Positions 23,101 to 38,100 of a DNA stretch of 64,000 bases are shown here, one piece after another. Below the pieces are notes generated by a model. It ran no database searches. It saw only the letters and a program-made list of their open reading frames with translations, and was not told the DNA's origin. Position 1 is the first letter of the stretch, and every line of letters starts with the position of its first letter. Both the position numbers and the translations under genes were made by a program. Origin of the DNA: Eledone cirrhosa (lineage: Eukaryota); the NCBI GenBank assembly GCA_964016885.1, contig OZ024740.1, positions 59,830,001 to 59,894,000 of the forward strand, in the 5' to 3' direction.

Positions 23101-26100
23101 AGACCACTTTAAAGTGTGGGCTGGATGCTTTTAGTTGTGACTCCTACAAGACCACTTTACAGTGTGGGTTGGGTGCATTTAGTTGTGACACATACATGAC
23201 CACTTTACAGTGTGGGTTGGCTGCTTTTTGTTATGACTCCTACAAGACCACTTTACAGTGTGGGCTGGATGCTTTTAGTTGTGACACTTGCAAGAACACT
23301 TTACAGTGTGGGCTGGATGCTTTTAGTTGTGACTCCTACAAGACCACTTTACAGTGTGGGTTGGGTGCTTTTAGTTGTGACTCATACAAGACCACTTTAC
23401 AGTGTGGGCTGGGTGCTTTTATTTGTGACTCCTACAAGACCACTTTACAGTGTGGCCTGGGTGCTTTTATTTGTGACACCTACAAGACCACTTTACAGTG
23501 TGGGCTGGGTGCTTTTAGTTGTGACTCCTACAAGACCACTTTACAGTGTGGGCTGGGTTCTTTTAGTTGTGACTCCTACAAGACCACTTTACAGTGTGCG
23601 TTGGGTGCTTTTAGTTGTGACATCTGCATGCCCACTTTACAGTGTGGGCTGGGTGCTTTTAGTTGTGACTCCTACAAGACCACTTCACAGTGTCGGCTGA
23701 GTGCTTTTAGTTGTGACTCCTACAAGACCACTTTACAGTGTGGGCTCGATACTTTTAGTTGTGACACCTACAAGACCACTTTACAGTGTGCTTTGGGTGC
23801 TTTTAGTTGTGACATCTACATGACCACTTTACAGTGTGGGTTGGGTGCTTTTATTGTGACACCTACAAGACCACTTTACAGTGTGGGCTGGGTGCTTTTA
23901 GTTGTGCCTCCTACAAAACCACTTTACAGTGTGGGTTGGGTGCTTTTATTTGTGACACCTAAATGACCACTTTACAGTGTGGGTTGGGTGCTTTTAGTTG
24001 TGACTCCTACAAGACCACTTAACAGTGTGGGTTGCGTGCTTTCAGTTGTGACTCCTACAAGACGACTTTACAGTGTCGGTTGGGTGCTTTTAGTTGTAAC
24101 ATCTACATGACCACTTTACAGTGTGGGTTGGGTGCTTTTATTGTGACACCTACAAGACCACTTTACAGTGTGGGCTGGATGCTTTTATTTGTGACACCTA
24201 CAAGACCACTTTACAGTGTGGGTTGGGTGCTTTTATTTGTGACACCTACATGACCACTTTACAGTGTGGGTTGGGTGCTTTTATTTGTGACTCTTACAAG
24301 ACCACTTTACAGTTTGGGTTGGATGCTTTTATTTGTGACACGTACAAGACCACTTTACAGTGTGCGTTGGGTGCTTTTAGTTGTGACTCCTACAAGACCA
24401 CTTTACGGTGTGCATTGGGTGCTTTTAGTTGTGACACCTGCATGACCACTTTACAGTGTGGGCTGGGTGCTTTTAGTTGTGACACCTACATGACCACTTT
24501 ACAGTGTGGGCTGGGTGCTTTTAGTTGTGACTCCTACAAAACCACTTTACAGTGTGGGTTGGGTGCTCTTATTTGTGACACCTAAATGACCACTTTACAG
24601 TGTGGGTTGGGTGCTTTTAGTTGTGACTCCTACAAGACCACTTTACAGTGTGGGCTGGGTGCTTTTAATTGTGACTGATACAAGACCACTTTACAGTGTG
24701 GGTTGGGTGCTTTTATTTGTGACACCTACAAGACCACTTTACAGTGTGGCCTGGATACTTTTATTTGTGACACCTACAAGACCACTTTACAGTGTGGGTT
24801 GGGTGCTTTTATTTGTGACTCCTACAAGACCACTTTACAGTGTGGGCTGGGTGCTTTTATTTGTGACACCTACAAGACCACTTTACAGTGTGGGCTGGAT
24901 ACTTTTATTTGTGACACCTACAAGATCACTTTACAGTGTGGGTTGGGTGCTTTTAGATGTGACATCTACATGACCACTTTACAGTGTGGGTTGGGTGCTT
25001 TTATTGTGACACCTACAAGACCACTTTACAGTGTGGGCTGGATGCTTTTATTTGTGACTCCTACAAGACCACTTTACAGTGTGGGCTGGGTGCTTTTAGT
25101 TGTGACACCTACATGACCAGTTTACAGTGTGGGCTGGGTGCTTTTAGTTGTGACTCGTACAAGACCACTTTACAGTGTGGGCTGGATGCTTTTATTTGTG
25201 ACTCCTACAAGACCACTTTACAGTGTGGTTTGGGTGCATTTAGATGTGACACATACATGACCACTTTACAGTGTGGGCTGGGTGCTTTTATTTGTGACTC
25301 CTACAAGACCACTTTACAGTGTGGGCTGGGTGCTTTTATTTGTGACACCTACAAGACCACTTTACAGTGTGGGCTGGGTGCTTTTAGTTGTGACACCTAC
25401 ATGACCACTTTACATTGTGGGTTGGGTGCTTTTATTTGTGACACTTACATGACCACTTATCAGTGTGGCTTGGGTGCTTTTAGTTGTGACTCCTACAAGA
25501 CCACTTTACAGTGTGGGCTGGGTTCTTTTAGTTGTGACACCTACATGACCACTTTACATTGTGGGTTGGGTGCTTTTATTTGTGACACTTACATGACCAC
25601 TTATCAGTGTGGCTTGGGTGCTTTTAGTTGTGACTCCTACAAGACCACTTTACAGTGTGGGTTGGGTGCTTTTAGTTGTGACTCCTACAAGACCACTTTA
25701 CAGTGTGGGTTTGGGTGCTTTTAGTTGTGACTCCTACAAGACCACTTTACAGTGTGGGTTGGGTGCTTTTATTTGTGACTCCTACAAGACCACTTTACAG
25801 TGTGGGTTGGGTGCTATTATTTGTGAAACCTACAAGACCACTTTACAGTGTGGGTTGGGTGCTTTTAGATGTGACATCTACATGACCACTTTACAGTGTG
25901 GGTTGAGTGCTTTTATTGTGACACCTACAAGACCACTTTACAGTGTGGGCTGGATGCTTTTATTTGTGACTCCTACAAGACCACTTTACAGTGTGGGCTG
26001 GGTGCTTTTAGTTGTGACACCTACATGACCACTTTACAGTGTGGTTTGGGTACTTTTAGTTGTGACTCGTACAAGACCACTTTACAGTGTGGGCTGGATG

Positions 26101-29100
26101 CTTTTAGTTGTGACTCCTACAAGACCACTTTACAGTGTGGGTTGGGTGCATTTAGTTGTTACACATACATGACCACCTTACAGTGTGGGTTGGCTGCTTT
26201 TAGTTGTGACTCCTACAAGACCACTTTACAGTGTGGGCTGGATGCTTTTAGTTGTGACACCTACAAGACCACTTTACAGTGTGGCTTGGGTGCTTTTAGT
26301 TGTGACTCCTACAAGACCACATTACAGAGTGGGCTGGGTGCTTTTATTTGTGACACCTACAAGACCACTTTACAGTGTGGGCTGGGTGCTTTTAGTTGTG
26401 ACACCTACATGACCACTTTACATTGTGGGTTGGGTGCTTTTATTTGTGACTGCTACAAGACCACTTTACAGTGTGGGTTGGGTGCTTTTAGTTGTAACAT
26501 CTACATGACCACTTTACAGTGTGGGTTGGGTGCTTTTATTGTGACACCTACAAGACCACTTTACAGTGTGGGCTGGATGCTTTTATTTGTGACACCTACA
26601 AGACCACTTTACAGTGTGGGTTGGGTGCTTTTATTTGTGACACCTACATGACAACTTTACAGTGTGGGTTGGGTGCTTTTATTTGTGAGTCTTACAAGAC
26701 CACTTTACAGTTTGGGTTGGATGCTTTTATTTGTGACACCTACAAGACCACTTTACAGTGTGCGTTGGGTGCTTTTAGTTGTGACTACTACAAGACCACT
26801 TTACGGTGTGCATTGGGTGCTTTTAGTTGTGACACCTGCATGACCACTTTACAGTGTGGGCTGGGTGCTTTTAGTTGTGACACCTACATGACCACTTTAC
26901 AGTGTGGGCTGGGTGCTTTTAGTTGTGACTCCTACAAAACCACTTTACAGTGTGGGTTGGGTGCTTTTATTTGTGACACCTAAATGACCACTTTACAGTG
27001 TGGGTTGGGTGCTTTTATTGTGAAACCTACAACACCACTTTACAGTGTGGGCTGGGTGCTTTTAGTTGTGACTCCTACAAGACCACTTTACAGTGTGGGT
27101 TGGGTGCATTTAGTTGTGACACATACATGACCACTTTACAGTGTGGGCTGGGTGCTTTTATTTGTGACTCCTACAAGACCACTTTACAATGTGGGCTGGG
27201 GGCTTTTATTTGTGACACCTACAAGACCACTTAACAGTGTGGGCCGGGTGCTTTCAGTTGTGACTCCTACAAGACCACTTTACAGTGCGGGCTGGGTTCT
27301 TTCAGTTGTGACTCCTACAAGACCACTTTACAGTGTGCGTTGGGTGCTTTTAGTTGTGACATCTGCATGACTACTTTACAGTGTGGGCTGGGTGCTTTTA
27401 GTTGTGACTCCTACAAGACCACTTTACAGTGTGGGCTGAGTGCTTTTAGATGTGACTCCTACAAGACCACTTTACAGTGTGGGCTGGATACTTTTATTTG
27501 TGAGTGCTACAAGACCACTTTACAGTGTGCGTTGGGTGCTTTTAGTTGTGACATCTACATGACCACTTTACAGTGTGGGTTGGGTGCTTTTATTGTGACA
27601 CCTACAAGACCACTTTACAGTGTGGGCTGGGTGCTTTTAGTTGTGACTCCTACAAGACCACTTTACAGTGTGGGTTGGGTGCTTTTAGTTGTGACTCCTA
27701 CAAAATCACTTTACAGTGTGGGTTTGGGTGCTTTTAGTTGTGACTCCTACAATACCACTTTACAGTGTGGGTTGGGTGCTTTTATTTGTGACTCCTACAA
27801 GACCACTTTACAGTGTGGGTTGGGTGCTATTATTTGTGAAACCTACAAGACCACTTTACAGTGTGGGTTGGGTGTTTTTAGATGTGACATCTACATGACC
27901 ACTTTACAGTGTGGGTTGAGTGCTTTTATTGTGACACCTACAAGACCACTTTACAGTGTGGGCTGGATGCTTTTATTTGTGACTCCTACAAGACCACTTT
28001 ACAGTGTGGGCTGGGTGCTTTTAGTTGTGACACCTACATGACCACTTTACAGTGTGGTTTGGGTACTTTTAGTTGTGACTCGTACAAGATCACTTTACAG
28101 TGTGGGCTGGATGCTTTTAGTTGTGACTCCTACAAGACCACTTTACAGCGTGGGTTGGGTGCATTTAGTTGTGACACATACATGACCACCTTACAGTGTG
28201 GGTTGGCTGCTTTTAGTTATGACTCCTACAAGACCACTTTACAGTGTGGGCTGGATGCTTTTAGTTGTGACACCTACAAGACCACTTTACAGTGTGGCTT
28301 GGGTGCTTTTAGTTGTGACTCCTACAAGACCACATTACAGTGTGGGCTGGGTGCTTTTATTTGTGACACCTACAAGACCACTTTACAGTGTGGGCTGGGT
28401 GCCTTTAGTTGTGACACCTACATGACCACTTTACATTGTGGGTTGGGTGCTTTTATTTGTGAGTGCTACAAGACCACTTTACAGTGTGGGTTGGGTGCTT
28501 TTAGTTGTGACTCCTACAAGACCACTTTACAGTGTGGGCTGGGTGCTTTTATTTGTGACACCTACAAGACCACTTTACAGTGTGGGCTGGGTGCTTTTAG
28601 TTGTGACACCTACATCACCACTTTACATTGTGGGTTGGGTGCTTTTATTTGTGACACTTACATGACCACTTATCAGTGTGGCTTGGGTGCTTTTAGTTGT
28701 GACTCCTACAAGACCACTTTACAGTGTGGGCTGGGTTCTTTTAGTTGTGACATCTGCATGACCACTTTATGGTGTGGGCTGGGTCCTTTTAGTTGAGACT
28801 CCTACAAGACCACTTTACAATGTGGGCTGGGTTCTTTTAGTTGTGACATCTGCATGACCACTTTACAGTGTGGGTTGGGTGCTTTTAGTTGTGACTCCTA
28901 CAAGACCACTTTACAGTGTGGGCTGGGTTCTTTTAGTTGTGACATCTGCATGACCACTTTACAGTGTGAGCTAGATGCTTTAATTGTGACTCCTACAAGA
29001 CCACTTTACAGTGTGGGTTGGGTGCTTTTAGTTGTGACTCCTACAAGACCACTTTACAGTGTGGGTTTGGGTGCTTTTAGTTGTGACTCCTACAAGACCA

Positions 29101-32100
29101 CTTTACAGTGTGGGTTGGGTGCTTTTATTTGTGACTCCTACAAGACCACTTTACAGTGTGGGTTGGGTGCTATTATTTGTGAAACCTACAAGACCACTTT
29201 ACAGTGTGGGTTGGGTGCTTTTAGATGTGACATCTACATGACCACTTTACAGTGTGGGTTGAGTGCTTTTATTGTGACACCTACAAGACCACTTTACAGT
29301 GTGGGCTGGATGCTTTTATTTGTGACTCCTACAAGACCACTTTACAGTGTGGGCTGGGTGCTTTTAGTTGTGACACCTACATGACCACTTTACAGTGTGG
29401 TTTGGGTACTTTTAGTTGTGACTCGTACAAGACCACTTTACAGTGTGGGCTGGATGCTTTTAGTTGTGACTCCTACAAGACCACTTTACAGTGTGGGTTG
29501 GGTGCATTTAGTTGTTACACATACATGACCACCTTACAGTGTGGGTTGGCTGCTTTTAGTTATGACTCCTACAAGACCACTTTACAGTGTGGGCTGGATG
29601 CTTTTAGTTGTGACACCTACAAGACCACTTTACAGTGTGGCTTGGGTGCTTTTAGTTGTGACTCCTACAAGACCACATTACAGAGTGGGCTGGGTGCTTT
29701 TATTTGTGACACCTACAAGACCACTTTACAGTGTGGGCTGGGTGCTTTTAGTTGTGACACCTACATGACCACTTTACATTGTGGGTTGGGTGCTTTTATT
29801 TGTGACTGCTACAAGACCACTTTACAGTGTGGGTTGGGTGCTTTTAGTTGTAACATCTACATGACCACTTTACAGTGTGGGTTGGGTGCTTTTATTGTGA
29901 CACCTACAAGACCACTTTACAGTGTGGGCTGGATGCTTTTATTTGTGACACCTACAAGACCACTTTACAGTGTGGGTTGGGTGCTTTTATTTGTGACACC
30001 TACATGACAACTTTACAGTGTGGGTTGGGTGCTTTTATTTGTGAGTCTTACAAGACCACTTTACAGTTTGGGTTGGATGCTTTTATTTGTGACACCTACA
30101 AGACCACTTTACAGTGTGTGTTGGGTGCTTTTAGTTGTGACTACTACAAGACCACTTTACGGTGTGCATTGGGTGCTTTTAGTTGTGACACCTGCATGAC
30201 CACTTTACAGTGTGGGCTGGGTGCTTTTAGTTGTGACACCTACATGACCACTTTACAGTGTGGGCTGGGTGCTTTTAGTTGTGACTCCTACAAAACCACT
30301 TTACAGTGTGGGTTGGGTGCTTTTATTTGTGACACCTAAATGACCACTTTACAGTGTGGGTTGGGTGCTTTAATTGTGAAACCTACAACACCACTTTACA
30401 GTGTGGGCTGGGTGCTTTTAGTTGTGACTCCTACAAGACCACTTTACAGTGTGGGTTGGGTGCATTTAGTTGTGACACATACATGACCACTTTACAGTGT
30501 GGGCTGGGTGCTTTTATTTGTGACTCCTACAAGACCACTTAACAGTGTGGGCCGGGTGCTTTCAGTTGTGACTCCTACAAGACCACTTTACAGTGCGGGC
30601 TGGGTTCTTTCAGTTGTGACTCCTACAAGACCACTTTACAGTGTGCGTTGGGTGCTTTTAGTTGTGACATCTGCATGACTACTTTACAGTGTGGGCTGGG
30701 TGCTTTTAGTTGTGACTCCTACAAGACCACTTTACAGTGTGGGCTGAGTGCTTTTAGATGTGACTCCTACAAGACCACTTTACAGTGTGGGCTGGATACT
30801 TTTAGTTGTGACACTTACAAGACCACTTTACAGTGTGCGTTGGGTGCTTTTAGTTGTGACATCTACATGACCACTTTACAGTGTGGGTTGGGTGCTTTTA
30901 TTGTGACACCTACAAGACCACTTTACAGTGTGGGCTGGGTGCTTTTAGTTGTGACTCCTACAAGACCACTTTACAGTGTGGGTTGGGTGCTTTTAGTTGT
31001 GACTCCTACAAAATCACTTTACAGTGTGGGTTTGGGTGCTTTTAGTTGTGACTCCTACAATACCACTTTACAGTGTGGGTTGGGTGCTTTTATTTGTGAC
31101 TCCTACAAGACCACTTTACAGTGTGGGTTGGGTGCTATTATTTGTGAAACCTACAAGACCACTTTACAGTGTGGGTTGGGTGTTTTTAGATGTGACATCT
31201 ACATGACCACTTTACAGTGTGGGTTGAGTGCTTTTATTGTGACACCTACAAGACCACTTTACAGTGTGGGCTGGATGCTTTTATTTGTGACTCCTACAAG
31301 ACCACTTTACAGTGTGGGCTGGGTGCTTTTAGTTGTGACACCTACATGACCACTTTACAGTGTGGTTTGGGTACTTTTAGTTGTGACTCGTACAAGATCA
31401 CTTTACAGTGTGGGCTGGATGCTTTTAGTTGTGACTCCTACAAGACCACTTTACAGCGTGGGTTGGGTGCATTTAGTTGTGACACATACATGACCACCTT
31501 ACAGTGTGGGTTGGCTGCTTTTAGTTATGACTCCTACAAGACCACTTTACAGTGTGGGCTGGATGCTTTTAGTTGTGACACCTACAAGACCACTTTACAG
31601 TGTGGCTTGGGTGCTTTTAGTTGTGACTCCTACAAGACCACATTACAGTGTGGGCTGGGTGCTTTTATTTGTGACACCTACAAGACCACTTTACAGTGTG
31701 GGCTGGGTGCCTTTAGTTGTGACACCTACATGACCACTTTACATTGTGGGTTGGGTGCTTTTATTTGTGAGTGCTACAAGACCACTTTACAGTGTGGGTT
31801 GGGTGCTTTTAGTTGTGACTCCTACAAGACGACTTTACAGTGTGGGTTGGGTGCTTTTAGTTGTAACATCTACATGACCACTTTACAGTGTGGGTTGGGT
31901 GCTTTTATTGTGACACCTACAAGACCACTTTACAGTGTGGGCTGGATGCTTTTCTTTGTGACACCTACAAGACCACTTTACAGTGTGGGTTGGGTGCTTT
32001 TATTTGTGACACCTACATGACCACTTTACAGTGTGGGTTGGGTGCTTTTATTTGTGAGTCGTACAAGACCACTTTACAGTTTGGGTTGGATGCTTTTATT

Positions 32101-35100
32101 TGTGACACCTACAAGACCACTTTACAGTGTGCGTTGGGTGCTTTTAGTTGTGACTCCTACAAGACCACTTTACGGTGTGCATTGGGTGCTTTTAGTTGTG
32201 ACACCTGCATGACCACTTTACAGTGTGGGCTGGGTGCTTTTAGTTGTGACACCTACATGACCACTTTACAGTGTGGGCTGGGTGCTTTTAGTTGTGACTC
32301 CTACAAGACCACTTTACGGTGTGCATTGGGTGCTTTTAGTTGTGACACCTGCATGACCACTTTACAGTGTGGGTTGGGTGCATTTAGTTGTGACACATAC
32401 ATGACCACTTTACAGTGTGGGTTGGCTGCTTTTCGTTATGACTCCTACAAGACCACTTTAAGGTGTGGGCTGGATGCTTTTAGTTGTGACACCTGCAAGA
32501 ACACTTTACAGTGTGGGCTGGATGCTTTTAGTTGTGACTCATACAAGACCACTTTACAGTGTGGGCTGGGTGCTTTTATTTGTGACTCCTACAAGACCAC
32601 TTTAGAGTGTGGGCTGGGTGCTTTTATTTGTGACACCTACAAGACCACTTTACAGTGTGGGCTGGGTTCTTTCAGTTGTGACTCCTACAAGACCACTTTA
32701 CAGTGAACGTTGGGTGCTTTTAGTTGTGACATCTGCATGACCACTTTACAGTGTGGGTTGGGTGCTTTTAGTTGTGACGCCTACAAGACCACTTTACAGT
32801 GTGGGCTGAGTGCTTTTAGTTGTGACTCCTACAAGACCACTTTAAAGTGTGGGCTGGATACTTTTAGTTGTGACACCTACAAGACCACTTTACAGTGTGC
32901 GTTGGGTGCTTTTAGTTGTGACATCTACATGACCACTTTACAGTGTGGGTTGGGTGCTTTTATTTGTGACTCCTACAAGACCACTTTACAGTGTGGGTTG
33001 GGTGCTATTATTTGTGAAACCTACAAGACCACTTTACAGTGTGGGTTGGGTGTTTTTAGATGTGACATCTACATGACCACTTTACAGTGTGGGTTGAGTG
33101 CTTTTATTGTGACACCTACAAGACCACTTTACAGTGTGGGCTGGATGCTTTTATTTGTGACTCCTACAAGACCACTTTACAGTGTGGGCTGGGTGCTTTT
33201 AGTTGTGACACCTACATGACCACTTTACAGTGTGGTTTGGGTACTTTTAGTTGTAACTCGTACAAGATCACTTTACAGTGTGGGCTGGATGCTTTTAGTT
33301 GTGACTCCTACAAGACCACTTTACAGTGTGGGTTGGGTGCATTTAGTTGTGACACATACATGACCACCTTACAGTGTGGGTTGGCTGCTTTTAGTTATGA
33401 CTCCTACAAGACCACTTTACAGTGTGGGCTGGATGCTTTTAGTTGTGACACCTACAAGACCACTTTACAGTGTGGCTTGGGTGATTTAGTTGTGACTCCT
33501 ACAAGACCACATTACAGTGTGGGCTGGGTGCTTTTATTTGTGACACCTACAAGACCACTTTACAGTGTGGGCTGGGTGCCTTTAGTTGTGACACCTACAT
33601 GACCACTTTACATTGTGGGTTGGGTGCTTTTATTTGTGAGTGCTACAAGACCACTTTACAGTGTGGGTTGGGTGCTTTTAGTTGTGACTCCTACAAGACG
33701 ACTTTACAGTGTGGGTTGGGTGCTTTTAGTTGTAACATCTACATGACCACTTTACAGTGTGGGTTGGGTGCTTTTATTGTGACACCTACAAGACCACTTT
33801 ACAGTGTGGGCTGGATGCTTTTCTTTGTGACACATACAAGACCACTTTACAGTGTGGGTTGGGTGCTTTTATTTGTGACACCTACATGACCACTTTACAG
33901 TGTGGGTTGGGTGCTTTTATTTGTGAGTCGTACAAGACCACTTTACAGTTTGGGTTGGATGCTTTTATTTGTGACACCTACAAGACCACTTTACAGTGTG
34001 GGTTGGGTGCTTTTATTTGTGACTCCTACAAGACCACTTTACAGTGTGGGTTGGGTGCTATTATTTGTGAAACCTACAAGACCACTTTACAGTGTGGGTT
34101 GGGTGTTTTTAGATGTGACATCTACATGACCACTTTACAGTGTGGGTTGAGTGCTTTTATTGTGACACCTACAAGACCACTTTACAGTGTGGGCTGGATG
34201 CTTTTATTTGTGACTCCTACAAGACCACTTTACAGTGTGGGCTGGGTGCTTTTAGTTGTGACACCTACATGACCACTTTACAGTGTGGTTTGGGTACTTT
34301 TAGTTGTAACTCGTACAAGATCACTTTACAGTGTGGGCTGGATGCTTTTAGTTGTGACTCCTACAAGACCACTTTACAGTGTGGGTTGGGTGCATTTAGT
34401 TGTGACACATACATGACCACCTTACAGTGTGGGTTGGCTGCTTTTAGTTATGACTCCTACAAGACCACTTTACAGTGTGGGCTGGATGCTTTTAGTTGTG
34501 ACACCTACAAGACCACTTTAAAGTGTGGCTTGGGTGCTTTTAGTTGTGACTCCTACAAGACCACATTACAGTGTGGGCTGGGTGCTTTTATTTGTGACAC
34601 CTACAAGACCACTTTACAGTGTGGGCTGGGTGCCTTTAGTTGTGACACCTACATGACCACTTTACATTGTGGGTTGGGTGCTTTTATTTGTGAGTGCTAC
34701 AAGACCACTTTACAGTGTGGGTTGGGTGCTTTTAGTTGTGACTCCTACAAGACGACTTTACAGTGTGGGTTGGGTGCTTTTAGTTGTAACATCTACATGA
34801 CCACTTTACAGTGTGGGTTGGGTGCTTTTATTGTGACACCTACAAGACCACTTTACAGTGTGGGCTGGACGCTTTTCTTTGTGACACCTACAAGACCACT
34901 TTACAGTGTGGGTTGGGTGCTTTTATTTGTGACACCTACATGACCACTTTATAGTGTGGGTTGGGTGCTTTTATTTGTGAGTCGTACAAGACCACTTTAC
35001 AGTTTGGGTTGGATGCTTTTATTTGTGACACCTACAAGACCACTTTACAGTGTGCGTTGGGTGCTTTTAGTTGTGACTCCTACAAGACCACTTTACGGTG

Positions 35101-38100
35101 TGCATTGGGTGCTTTTAGTTGTGACACCTGCATGACCACTTTACAGTGTGGGCTGGGTGCTTTTAGTTGTGACACCTACATGACCACTTTACAGTGTGGG
35201 CTGGGTGCTTTTAGTTGTGACTCCTACAAGACCACTTTACGGTGTGCATTGGGTGCTTTTAGTTGTGACACCTGCATGACCACTTTACAGTGTGGGTTGG
35301 GTGCATTTAGTTGTGACACATACATGACCACTTTACAGTGTGGGTTGGCTGCTTTTCGTTATGACTCCTACAAGACCACTTTAAGGTGTGGGCTGGATGC
35401 TTTTAGTTGTGACACCTGCAAGAACACTTTACAGTGTGGGCTGGATGCTTTTAGTTGTGACTCATACAAGACCACTTTACAGTGTGGGCTGGGTGCTTTT
35501 ATTTGTGACTCCTACAAGACCACTTTAGAGTGTGGGCTGGGTGCTTTTATTTGTGACACCTACAAGACCACTTTACAGTGTGGGCTGGGTTCTTTCAGTT
35601 GTGACTCCTACAAGACCACTTTACAGTGAACGTTGGGTGCTTTTAGTTGTGACATCTGCATGACCACTTTACAGTGTGGGTTGGGTGCTTTTAGTTGTGA
35701 CGCCTACAAGACCACTTTACAGTGTGGGCTGAGTGCTTTTAGTTGTGACTCCTACAAGACCACTTTACAGTGTGGGCTGGATACTTTTAGTTGTGACACC
35801 TACACGACCACTTTACAGTGTGCGTTGGGTGCTTTTAGTTGTGACATCTACATGACCACTTTACAGTGTGGGTTGGGTGCTTTTATTTGTGACTCCTACA
35901 AGACCACTTTACAGTGTGGGTTGGGTGCTATTATTTGTGAAACCTACAAGACCACTTTACAGTGTGGGTTGGGTGTTTTTAGATGTGACATCTACATGAC
36001 CACTTTACAGTGTGGGTTGAGTGCTTTTATTGTGACACCTACAAGACCACTTTACAGTGTGGGCTGGATGCTTTTATTTGTGACTCCTACAAGACCACTT
36101 TACAGTGTGGGCTGGGTGCTTTTAGTTGTGACACCTACATGACCACTTTACAGTGTGGTTTGGGTACTTTTAGTTGTAACTCGTACAAGATCACTTTACA
36201 GTGTGGGCTGGATGCTTTTAGTTGTGACTCCTACAAGACCACTTTACAGTGTGGGTTGGGTGCATTTAGTTGTGACACATACATGACCACCTTACAGTGT
36301 GGGTTGGCTGCTTTTAGTTATGACTCCTACAAGACCACTTTACAGTGTGGGCTGGATGCTTTTAGTTGTGACACCTACAAGACCACTTTACAGTGTGGCT
36401 TGGGTGCTTTTAGTTGTGACTCCTACAAGACCACATTACAGTGTGGGCTGGGTGCTTTTATTTGTGACACCTACAAAACCACTTTACAGTGTGGGCTGGG
36501 TGCCTTTAGTTGTGACACCTACATGACCACTTTACATTGTGGGTTGGGTGCTTTTATTTGTGAGTGCTACAAGACCACTTTACAGTGTGGGTTGGGTGCT
36601 TTTAGTTGTGACTCCTACAAGACGACTTTACAGTGTGGGTTGGGTGCTTTTAGTTGTAACATCTACATGACCACTTTACAGTGTGGGTTGGGTGCTTTTA
36701 TTGTGACACCTACAAGACCACTTTACAGTGTGGGCTGGATGCTTTTCTTTGTGACACCTACAAGACCACTTTACAGTGTGGGTTGGGTGCTTTTATTTGT
36801 GACACCTACATGACCACTTTACAGTGTGGGTTGGGTGCTTTTATTTGTGAGTCGTACAAGACCACTTTACAGTTTGGGTTGGATGCTTTTATTTGTGACA
36901 CCTACAAGACCACTTTACAGTGTGCGTTGGGTGCTTTTAGTTGTGACTCCTACAAGACCACTTTACGGTGTGCATTGGGTGCTTTTAGTTGTGACACCTG
37001 CATGACCACTTTACAGTGTGGGCTGGGTGCTTTTAGTTGTGACACCTACATGACCACTTTACAGTGTGGGCTGGGTGCTTTTAGTTGTGACTCCTACAAG
37101 ACCACTTTACGGTGTGCATTGGGTGCTTTTAGTTGTGACACCTGCATGACCACTTTACAGTGTGGGTTGGGTGCATTTAGTTGTGACACATACATGACCA
37201 CTTTACAGTTTGGGTTGGCTGCTTTTCGTTATGACTCCTACAAGACCACTTTAAGGTGTGGGCTGGATGCTTTTAGTTGTGACACCTGCAAGAACACTTT
37301 ACAGTGTGGGCTGGGTGCTTTTATTTGTGACTCCTACAAGACCACTTTAGAGTGTGGGCTGGGTGCTTTTATTTGTGACACCTACAAGACCACTTTACAG
37401 TGTGGGCTGTGTTCTTTCAGTTGTGACTCCTACAAGACCACTTTACAGTGAACGTTGGGTGCTTTTAGTTGTGACATCTGCATGACCACTTTACAGTGTG
37501 GGTTGGGTGCTTTTAGTTGTGACGCCTACAAGACCACTTTACAGTGTGGGCTGAGTGCTTTTAGTTGTGACTCCTACAAGACCACTTTACAGTGTGGGCT
37601 GGATACTTTTAGTTGTGACACCTACAAGACCACTTTACAGTGTGCGTTGGGTGCTTTTAGTTGTGACATCTACATGACCACTTTACAGTGTGGGTTGGGT
37701 GCTTTTATTGTGACACCTACAAGACCACTTTACAGTGTGGGCTGGGTGCTTTTAGTTGTGACTCCTACAAGACCACTTTACAGTGTGGGTTGGGTGCTTT
37801 TATTTGTGACTCCTACAAGACCATTTTACAGTGTGGGTTGGGTGCTATTATTTGTGAAACCTACAAGACCACTTTACAGTGTGGGCTGGATACTTTTATT
37901 TGTGACACCTACAAGACGACTTTACAGTGTGGGTTCGGTGCTTTTAGTTGTGACATCTACACGACCACTTTACAGTGTGGGTTGGGTGCTTTTATTGTGA
38001 CACCTACAAGACCACTTTACAGTGTGGGCTGGATGCTTTTATTTGTGACTCCTACAAGACCATTTTACAGTGTGGGCTGGGTGCTTTTAGTTGTGACACC